DNA from: a virus
Direction: 5' to 3' (one strand)
DNA length: 64,000 nt
Virus record (IMG/VR): IMGVR_UViG_3300046170_000347
Span: 5,400-69,399 of that record
The number at the start of each line of letters is the position of its first letter. Position 1 is the stretch's first letter. Under the pieces are notes generated by a model. It saw only the letters and a list, made by a program, of their open reading frames with translations, was not told the origin of the DNA and searched no databases. This document shows positions 56,745 to 64,000 of the stretch, in pieces. Both the position numbers and the translations under genes were made by a program.

Positions 56745-56957
56745 TTACATTTTTTTAGCAACCTCTGTAATAGGCATTCCTTTATAGTATGTTTTAGCTT
56801 TTAAAACTTGCATACCAGTAATTCCAGAACTAGAACCTACACCGTGAGGTCTTCCAGTTTGATCTAATGGTCCGTCCCATATTGTGTTTTCACCTACAAC
56901 TCCGTGAACGTTTTTTGACGCCATTGTTGCGTTGTAATTGTCATCTGTTTTATGCAT
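56745..56957 (-). CDS. Small late protein
   Basis: Tightly packed ORF. Confidence 0.65.
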   Translation of the reverse strand: MHKTDDNYNATMASKNVHGVVGENTIWDGPLDQTGRPHGVGSSSGITGMQVLKAKTYYKGMPITEVAKKM

Positions 56958-56960
56958 AAC

Positions 56961-57560
56961 TTATTTTTTATTTTTATATTTACACGCTCTTTTCGCAAGC
57001 GCACTACCCATTGAATTTTGTCTATCAAATAAAGAACCAAAAGTTCCGCCTATAGCTCCTTGGGCTTGTAGTCCAAAAGGGTTGACAAGACTAGAAGTAG
57101 GTTCAGGCATGCTATTAATAGTGTCATCTACTTGAGATTCATTTAGATCTATCATGCCTCTTCTTCTTCTTCTTTCTGAATCACTACCTGCTTTTCCTAA
57201 TTCTTCTCCTTCACCTAATACATACCTACGTTGCGTGCCATAATTTTCACTAGTCCTTCCACTTGTTTTATCGTAAAGAAGATTACCATCGCCTTCGTAA
57301 TTTTCAAATCCTTTAGCAGCAATGTCACCATATTTAGAAAAACCTAAAGATTGAATATTAGAAGCATTTAAATCTCCAGCTTGAGCCGCGGCTTTCATAG
57401 CGGCTTGTTTTGCCCCAAGCGCCCGCATGCCTTTTGAAAAATCAGCTGAACGCAAACCGTCTAAGGCACTAGTATTAATATTGCCTCCTAAGTCTCCTCC
57501 AAAACTTCCTATGTTTAAACTCCCTAAGGGCATTATCATTTTTAAAGGACTATTGCTCAT
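56961..57560 (-). CDS. Late protein with S-P motif
   Basis: MSNSPLKM start. Confidence 0.65.
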   Translation of the reverse strand: MSNSPLKMIMPLGSLNIGSFGGDLGGNINTSALDGLRSADFSKGMRALGAKQAAMKAAAQAGDLNASNIQSLGFSKYGDIAAKGFENYEGDGNLLYDKTSGRTSENYGTQRRYVLGEGEELGKAGSDSERRRRRGMIDLNESQVDDTINSMPEPTSSLVNPFGLQAQGAIGGTFGSLFDRQNSMGSALAKRACKYKNKK

Positions 57561-57997
57561 CTGTTTTTATCTTTATTCACATTATAAATAGCTTTTGTCA
57601 TAACTTTATCAGTGTACGTGTCGCCATTAATTATTTTATTTCTTCTACCTGTGTTTATATCTTCTTCTCCAAGCATAACTTTATATATTCTAGTTATAAG
57701 CTGCTTACCTTTAAAAGATACTTTATATATATGGTACTTTTGAGTTGTTCTGTTTCTGTGTCTCCACACAACTATCCAACCTTCTTTTAATAGTCTATTC
57801 CATCGGCGGTTGTCCCAGCTGTAAGAATAAACCCCCATCTCAAAATCTTTTTTAGTAAAAAAATCTATACAATCAAGATATATAAGAAGTTCTAGATCTG
57901 CATCGTTTAAATCATTATTTCTACAAGCCCATTTTCTTATAATGCGGTAGTGTTTCAAGAGGTTTAGTTCTCTGATGTCACTAGCGTCTAATCTCAT
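57557..57997 (-). CDS. Winged-helix-like protein
   Basis: LNDADLELLIYL...RLLKEGWIV...YKVSFKGK resembles MarR-type wHTH. Confidence 0.6.
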   Translation of the reverse strand: MRLDASDIRELNLLKHYRIIRKWACRNNDLNDADLELLIYLDCIDFFTKKDFEMGVYSYSWDNRRWNRLLKEGWIVVWRHRNRTTQKYHIYKVSFKGKQLITRIYKVMLGEEDINTGRRNKIINGDTYTDKVMTKAIYNVNKDKNR

Positions 57998-58257
57998 AAT
58001 ACAACGACTATATCACCTGACTTTATAACGTGATAAGATTGTTTATCAACTTCTATTTTGTGACCAGCGTGTCGATCAAAATATATTACATCTCTTGGTT
58101 TAACACCTGCTACTTCACTTCCTGCAGAAACTACGGTAGCTTTAATGTAGCGTATGTCGTCTCTTTGGTTTTCAGCAAGAAGTAGACCACCTTCTGTTTT
58201 AGTAGTACCCTCTCTTGCTTTGTTTATTATTAAGTTTCTACCTATTGCTTTCATCAA
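57994..58257 (-). CDS. groES: Co-chaperonin GroES
   Basis: KTEGGLLL, VVSAG, VKPRDVIYF, DIVVV. Confidence 0.9.
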   Translation of the reverse strand: MMKAIGRNLIINKAREGTTKTEGGLLLAENQRDDIRYIKATVVSAGSEVAGVKPRDVIYFDRHAGHKIEVDKQSYHVIKSGDIVVVL

Positions 58258-59791
58258 CTCTTAAATTATTAATTACACAATCAGTAGATAATATTGTTGT
58301 TGCTACAGAGGCTGCATTTTGAAGAGCGCTCTTGGTGACGAGTAGTGGATCTATTATACCCGACTCGATCATATTTACCATTTTTCCTGTAACCACATTG
58401 TAGCCTTGTCCTTTGATAGTTGGTGTTTTTAAGTTGTCAACACCAGCGTTTTCAAGTATAGTTTTAAAAGGTGCTTTAATAGCTTCTAATAAAACTGTTT
58501 CGCCTTTAGACTTAGCTGTTATATTTGTTGCAGCGTTTAATAGAGCAATACCACCACCAGGAACAATCCCTTCTTTAATAGCAGCTTTAGTAGCACAGAT
58601 AGCATCTTCTACTCTATCTGTTTTTTCTTTTAATTCTATTTCTGAATTAGCACCTACTTTTACAATAGCTATTTTAGCAGACAGCATTGCTAATCTTTTT
58701 TCTAACTTTATAATTTTGTTAGAGTTTTTTTCTTTTAAAAGCTTTTTATTTATTTCTTTAATAACGCTTTTAACTTCCTTGTTTGAGTCTTCTATTTGTA
58801 ATATAGTTTCTTGATGCGATGTAACACTTTTTAAGCATGCACCTAAATAATCCAAGGTTATCATATCCATGTCGTCACCAAGATCTTCGTTTACAATAGT
58901 AGCACCTGTTAGTAATGAAAGATCTTGAAGCATCTGTTGTTTGTTAACTCCGTATGTTGGAGCATCAATAACGTTTACTTTTATATTACCTTTCATTTTA
59001 TTCATAGCTAGAGCTGATAAAACACCCTGTTCTAAATCGCCTATAATAAGCAAGGGTTTATTGTTTTTTATTACGTGCTCTAGCACCGACTGTATTTGTC
59101 TTATTGTTTCAACCGGTGACTCAAGTATTAATACTAGAGGATTTTCTAGTTCTGCGGTCTTACTAGCTTGATTAGTTATAAAGTGAGAGTTTTTTAAACC
59201 TTTATCATATTGCACACCATCTATAACTTCTACTTTAGTATCGCCTTCAGTTGTTTCAAGCATAACAACGCCTGTATTATCTACGGCTCTAAAAGCATCT
59301 GCTATAAGTTTACCAAGCGCAGGTTCGTTGTTTGTAGATATAGTAGCTATGTTGTCTATCATATCGCCTTCTACGTCTACTTTAAGTAGCTTTAAATAAC
59401 TAACTACTTTATCAACTGCTGAGTTAATACCTTCTTTTAACTCTCTTGCGTTTGTTTTATCAACTACTTTGTAAGCTTCTTCAAGTATTGCATGGGCAAG
59501 TACTGTGGCTGTAGTTGTGCCGTCGCCAGCTTCTTGCACTGTTTTGCGCGCTGCTTCTTTCAGAAGCGTGGCGCCCATATTCTCTACAGGATCTCGCAGT
59601 ATAATAGAATCTGCGACTGTAACTCCGTCTTTTGTAATAACAGGTCTACCTGTATTATCTTCAAGTATAACGCATTTGCCGCTAGCCCCGAGCGTGGAGC
59701 TAACAGCTTGCGTTAGTTTTTCAATTCCTTTAAATACATTATCTCTGGCTTCAATACCAAAGTTAAGGTTCTTGACTATTGCGTCTGACAT
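58238..59791 (-). CDS. groEL: Chaperonin GroEL
   Basis: ITKDGVTVA, AGDGTTTATVLA, GIVPGGG, GIIDP; lacks GGM tail. Confidence 0.97.
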   Translation of the reverse strand: MSDAIVKNLNFGIEARDNVFKGIEKLTQAVSSTLGASGKCVILEDNTGRPVITKDGVTVADSIILRDPVENMGATLLKEAARKTVQEAGDGTTTATVLAHAILEEAYKVVDKTNARELKEGINSAVDKVVSYLKLLKVDVEGDMIDNIATISTNNEPALGKLIADAFRAVDNTGVVMLETTEGDTKVEVIDGVQYDKGLKNSHFITNQASKTAELENPLVLILESPVETIRQIQSVLEHVIKNNKPLLIIGDLEQGVLSALAMNKMKGNIKVNVIDAPTYGVNKQQMLQDLSLLTGATIVNEDLGDDMDMITLDYLGACLKSVTSHQETILQIEDSNKEVKSVIKEINKKLLKEKNSNKIIKLEKRLAMLSAKIAIVKVGANSEIELKEKTDRVEDAICATKAAIKEGIVPGGGIALLNAATNITAKSKGETVLLEAIKAPFKTILENAGVDNLKTPTIKGQGYNVVTGKMVNMIESGIIDPLLVTKSALQNAASVATTILSTDCVINNLRVDESNR

Positions 59792-59823
59792 ATTTGATTA
59801 AATTAAATTTAAGTGTATTGGTT

Positions 59824-60108
59824 TTATTCAAAGGTTTTAACTACCTTAGGTCCTTTTAAGTAATCTAGCTTTTTAGCGTAATGTTCTACTGAACTATCAA
59901 TTGCTTGTTCGGCGCCTTCTATAGTTTCACGTCTTGTAACGTCGGCCCACTCATCTTCTAGAGTATGGTGTTCGGTTTGATAAAAGCCATTTGGTAATTG
60001 CACTATACGCCAGTTTTTCTTTTCGGCTACATGCTCCCATAATTTTCTGGTTTCATCGGATACTTGTGGTTGACTAGACCACGAACTAGTCTGGTAATAA
60101 ATTGTCAT
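59824..60108 (-). CDS. Phage hypothetical protein
   Basis: Clean ORF between fibre and groEL. Confidence 0.7.
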   Translation of the reverse strand: MTIYYQTSSWSSQPQVSDETRKLWEHVAEKKNWRIVQLPNGFYQTEHHTLEDEWADVTRRETIEGAEQAIDSSVEHYAKKLDYLKGPKVVKTFE

Positions 60109-60164
60109 TGGTTTTGGTTTTAATTGTTATTATTGGTTTGCACTTTCCCGTGCCGGGTATATTT

Positions 60165-60195
60165 TATATACTCACTTGGTTTTGGTGATTTTTAC
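60165..60195 (-). promoter_or_regulatory. Class II promoter candidate for groEL operon
   Basis: GTAAAA-N14-GTGAGTATATA on minus strand. Confidence 0.6.
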
Positions 60196-62294
60196 TATGT
60201 CTGCTGATTTAGTATATACCATTCTGTTCCATCGCTCCAGAATTTTATACTTTGATACTTGCCTGTTATTGTTTTACTTGTAACACCGTTTATGAATCCA
60301 GCGCCAGATACAGTAAAATCAACAGATCTAGCGGCACTAAAAGTACCGTCAGTTAAATACTCTACTAATCTGTTAGACATAACAGGAGTAGAGGTATCAC
60401 CAGCTTCAGGTAGAGTTATACTGTAACCACCGTCCGCACCTGTCCACGTTAGCTTTGTAAATCTAGCAATATTAGGGCCTTCAAAACTTGAGCCTCCAGC
60501 AGAGCAAGTTAATGTTGAACTTGGTTGATAGGCGGCACCGTTTTGAAAAGCATTCGCTGGTGTTTTATATACTAAACCATTAGGTTGTATAACTAAAAGC
60601 TCATAATTAAAAGAGCTGTTTGCAGTTGTAAAATTAGAAGGATATTGAGCTAATCTTATTTGACTAGTATTCATTACTTCAAAAGCATTTTTTCTATTTG
60701 CGTTTGAAAATCCTGAACCTACTATAAACTTAGTATTTGTATTAGAAACATTGTATCTACCCACTACAACTTGATTAGCGCCTGCTACATTTAAGTTAGA
60801 TCCTAGAGCCATACCTGCAGAGCCAACACCTGTTATGTCGTTATCAAAGCCACCAAGTATTGCACCGCCTGTTGCACCAGCTGCAATCGTATTATTATGA
60901 CCTGCACCTATAAAACTAGCAATGCCTGACGCTGAATTTGCATAACCGCCTATTAAAGCGCTATGTTCTCCAATAGCCGAATTAGTGGCAAACGTAGTTG
61001 TATTGACCGTTGATATATTGGTTGCATAGTTGCTAGCTATACCGCTATCTGAACCTATTTTTATAGAATACTTAGTGTTAGCATTGTTGTTTCCTTGAGC
61101 TCCTCGTCCTATAGCTATATTATGCCCCGCGCTAGTAAAGCCATTGTTAGATCCAAAAAAAGCATTTTGACCTATACCAATGTCATCGCTGCTTACACCT
61201 TTTATTGATTTACCAGAGCCTTGTCCTATAAAGGTAGAATTGTTAATGCTTGTGGCTGTAGAATTTTGCAGCGCTTGAGCGCCTAATAGTATATTTCTTT
61301 GAAAAGATCCTGTAAGAGTGTTTGAATTACCTGCCCCTTTACCTATTACAACATTACCAAATATACCCGTTGATGTTGTGTTTTGAAGGTTTGTACTTCC
61401 TATAACAACATTATCTTCTTGCACGTTAGCTATGTTTAACGCATTAAAGCCTAGAGCTATATTATTATCTGTGGTAACTACTTCTAAAGCTTTTTTGCCA
61501 ATCGCAATATTGTTTTTGCCTACACTAGATGATTTAAGTGTTTCACTACCTATAGCAATGTTATTTGTACCTGTTGTTAATGAGGTTAACGCGCTTACTC
61601 CTATAGCTACGTTTTCGCCTAATGTTCCAGTTGTTCCGCTTACTAAAGCGCCGTAACCAATAGCAACAGAGCTACCTAGGTTTGATTGTTCAATGACGCC
61701 GTTTACAATTAATCTTTTAGTGGTGCCATATGTGCCTCCGCCAAGAGCGAGCGCTTGTTCTACTATAGAATTTTCTATACCTGTACCACCCGTACTCCAC
61801 ATAGTTAAAACATTAGGCGTACCAGTTCCAGTCACAGTCCCACCGCCGTCACTAATCCACTGTAAATCACTTCCAGTAGAACTTAACACTTGACCTGCAG
61901 TACCAACAGAGCCAGTATTATCTATAATTCCTACTATTCTAGAAGGAGATTGAGTTGTAATACTAAACGCGTTAACATTACCACTGTTTATAATAACTTG
62001 GTTTGCAGAGCCAGGAGTAAATTTAACTATTGAATTAAATGTAAATGCATCAACTCCGTTATAAGTAAGTAGTGAATCACCGATAGTAGTGGATCCAGTA
62101 AAAATAGGTACTGTATTTAGCGTGCCAGATCCTGTAATACCACTTGTTGATGATACAACATACGATGCTAAATTATCTATTGTTAGGCTTTTTGTCCGAT
62201 TTTTATTTGGAGCTGCTTGAGCTGAATCGGTTATAACTAAAAAGTCTCCACCGGATGGTGATATTTTTTCTGGGTAACTATATATTATTGCCAT
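60195..62294 (-). CDS. Tail fibre/receptor-binding protein with YadA-head-like repeats (allele B)
   Basis: Multiple N(I/V)AIGxxAL repeats; C-terminal SDGTEWYI domain. Confidence 0.85.
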   Translation of the reverse strand: MAIIYSYPEKISPSGGDFLVITDSAQAAPNKNRTKSLTIDNLASYVVSSTSGITGSGTLNTVPIFTGSTTIGDSLLTYNGVDAFTFNSIVKFTPGSANQVIINSGNVNAFSITTQSPSRIVGIIDNTGSVGTAGQVLSSTGSDLQWISDGGGTVTGTGTPNVLTMWSTGGTGIENSIVEQALALGGGTYGTTKRLIVNGVIEQSNLGSSVAIGYGALVSGTTGTLGENVAIGVSALTSLTTGTNNIAIGSETLKSSSVGKNNIAIGKKALEVVTTDNNIALGFNALNIANVQEDNVVIGSTNLQNTTSTGIFGNVVIGKGAGNSNTLTGSFQRNILLGAQALQNSTATSINNSTFIGQGSGKSIKGVSSDDIGIGQNAFFGSNNGFTSAGHNIAIGRGAQGNNNANTKYSIKIGSDSGIASNYATNISTVNTTTFATNSAIGEHSALIGGYANSASGIASFIGAGHNNTIAAGATGGAILGGFDNDITGVGSAGMALGSNLNVAGANQVVVGRYNVSNTNTKFIVGSGFSNANRKNAFEVMNTSQIRLAQYPSNFTTANSSFNYELLVIQPNGLVYKTPANAFQNGAAYQPSSTLTCSAGGSSFEGPNIARFTKLTWTGADGGYSITLPEAGDTSTPVMSNRLVEYLTDGTFSAARSVDFTVSGAGFINGVTSKTITGKYQSIKFWSDGTEWYILNQQT

Positions 62295-62295
62295 A

Positions 62296-62748
62296 TTAAG
62301 AGTATGTTCTTATTTCTATGTATGCAAGAAATCCATCAAATAGCGAACCGTCTGATAATTTGTAATTACTTAGTGTTAACGGCGATGCTGGATTTATAAG
62401 AGTAACGATTATCTGTGTTGGATTACTTACAGTAGTGTTGCCACCAGTCACTTGTATAAAGCCATTTGTGTAATCAATGGTTGTAGCTGCTGTATAAACC
62501 CCAGGTCCTGTTCTCGCCCAAGTAACTGTTTTGCCCGTATCATTGTGTATTACTGTAGCCACTGGCGCATCGCCACTATTTTGCGATACTCTAGCTACGT
62601 AAGACGTGTAGCCTTTATTAACAAGTGTTGATATTGATCCTACTGTTGCTGTTTTGGTTGGATTACCTTCTACCGATGTATCTGATATAAGTACTAAATC
62701 GTCACTCGTTAAAGTATCTATCTTTGGATAAGAATTAATTATCGCCAT
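62296..62748 (-). CDS. Small fibre/accessory virion protein, allele B (150 aa)
   Basis: Shared N-terminal anchor with 444..992; C-domain WARTGPGVY...IEIRTY. Confidence 0.75.
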   Translation of the reverse strand: MAIINSYPKIDTLTSDDLVLISDTSVEGNPTKTATVGSISTLVNKGYTSYVARVSQNSGDAPVATVIHNDTGKTVTWARTGPGVYTAATTIDYTNGFIQVTGGNTTVSNPTQIIVTLINPASPLTLSNYKLSDGSLFDGFLAYIEIRTYS

Positions 62749-62751
62749 TGT

Positions 62752-63000
62752 TTAATTTTTTTTAACTGTGTTAGTTGTAACGTCATAGGTATGCGTATGA
62801 GGTGTAGTACCTGCTCTGTCGTGTGCGCGAGCACCTGCGCTCATGCTGTTTCTTTTATGGAATTTATCGCTAAGTGTACCGTCTAGGTTTAAAAATCCGT
62901 TTTTCTTCATCATTTTTAAAGCAAATGCGCGATCACCACCGAGTTGTTCTATTAATCTAGGGATAAGCTCCCCGGGTCCTGTGAATCTAGTAGTTTCCAT
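62752..63000 (-). CDS. First late-arm gene, hypothetical (allele B)
   Basis: Intact ORF downstream of class II motif. Confidence 0.7.
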   Translation of the reverse strand: METTRFTGPGELIPRLIEQLGGDRAFALKMMKKNGFLNLDGTLSDKFHKRNSMSAGARAHDRAGTTPHTHTYDVTTNTVKKN

Positions 63001-63581
63001 ATTAATATATACTTACATATAAAGGCGAAAACTTACAAAGTGTGACAATAGGGTACTACTTATATACATTAGAAGGCTAATGTCACTATATAAAACTAAG
63101 GGCCATAGCAAATAGAGAGTGTTGGTGTTGAATTTTACTATTTTTTTTTTAGTTTTTTTGTAAAATCGTTTAATTTAACCCAGCCCTACGTCCATATCCC
63201 TGATCATATCATATCATTTTAACATTTAATCTGATCATATCATAATCATATTTAGGCGTTTCATTATAACTAACAAATTCATTTTAGTAATTACAAACAA
63301 AATACTTTATTAATTGGATAATAATATAAACAAAACTATGCTACTTATAAATAAATTTCAAATAAAATTAACTTACAACTTATTAACAAATAATTATATT
63401 TCATTAACATTTATAAATAACAAACTTATAATTTTAAATAACAATTCAAATATTGATATTCCAAAATTACTTACAAAAAATAATATTACTTACAAAATAA
63501 TATAATAATTACAAACAAAATTAATTCTTAATTGGATAATATAATAAACTAATAAATACTAATAATAAATACATAATAACT

Positions 63582-63809
63582 ATGCAAACTTTAAATTCAA
63601 AAAGATTTGTTGTCAGAAAATCACTTATTGGCACAAATACAATTATCAATGTCACTTTCAAAAATGGCAAAACTTACAAATATTCACATGATAAAGTATT
63701 CAATATCATGAAAAGTAAACTAGAAACTATGCCTTGTTTTCTAAAATACAAGTCATACACTTCAAGTACTTCAGTACCTGTAGTTCTAAGAGATAAAGAG
63801 GTAGTATAA
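63582..63809 (+). CDS. Second copy of 1830..2057
   Basis: Identical translation. Confidence 0.75.
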   Translation: MQTLNSKRFVVRKSLIGTNTIINVTFKNGKTYKYSHDKVFNIMKSKLETMPCFLKYKSYTSSTSVPVVLRDKEVV

Positions 63810-64000
63810 TACTACTTCTTTATTACTCACAGTTAAACTTGGAGTAGTACCTTTACTATAAATTAAACTAATAAATAATAATACACCTATAAATAATACT
63901 TATATGAGAAAATTCATTCACACTATAATCTTGAAAATCAGCAGCTTTAAACTCTCTGACTACATAGAAGTTGGCAGTGCACCTGATGAAACAACTTGGA

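Larger units (their letters stand above)
61981..64000. repeat. Right copy of genome-length redundancy
   Basis: Matches 128-2248, including dyad 63042-63086, promoter motifs and ORFs 63338..63505 and 63582..63809. Confidence 0.95.

Noticed and set aside
58413-59801. Antisense ORFs over groEL and other long genes
   Set aside because: Expected shadow frames of coding sequence; no independent signals. The +1 frame of the GC-richer groEL 5' part has several stops.
60195-62748. Diversity-generating retroelement or invertase shufflon behind fibre variation
   Set aside because: No reverse transcriptase or site-specific recombinase gene, differences are not adenine-specific, and no inverted cassettes are seen.
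1-64000. Prophage/integration or alternative genetic code
   Set aside because: No integrase, repressor pair or host genes; standard code gives dense, long ORFs with TAG and TGA acting as stops.

Overview
The window holds slightly more than one unit (~61.75 kb) of an AT-rich tailed dsDNA phage genome. It is most likely a podovirus-like phage of marine Bacteroidota (Flavobacteriia); this is inferred from gene content, the crAss/phi38:1-type structural module and SD-less AT-rich translation starts. Positions ~128-2248 recur at ~61981-64000, but the two copies carry different alleles of the fibre/receptor cassette. The + arm (1.5-19.7 kb) has many tiny early genes behind a 7-copy promoter motif, a tRNA-fMet inside a cluster of structured RNAs, DNA ligase, an HTH protein, a sigma-70 factor, ERF/RecE/SSB, primase-helicase, a dCMP-hydroxymethylase-like enzyme with NTP pyrophosphatases, a resolvase and class I RNR. 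No DNA polymerase is recognisable. The - arm (19.8-63 kb) has fibres, GroEL/GroES, many small S-P-motif proteins, terminase, portal, scaffold, capsid, tail proteins, a 3064-aa putative ejected polyprotein and lysis genes. About eleven single-base frameshifts look like long-read errors. Best leads: (1) a 103-nt mini-tmRNA (G3.U70, A73, no D-stem, tiny Ala-Arg-Gln-stop frame) plus two other anticodon-less tRNA-like RNAs; (2) a virion polyprotein with a zincin, a sigma-region-2-like domain and a HAD phosphatase separated by [RK]F[SD] motifs, which could supply the sigma for the non-host early promoters; (3) overprinted ORFs in the scaffold and terminase genes; (4) a probable cytosine-modification pathway. 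All family calls come from motif recognition, not database searches.
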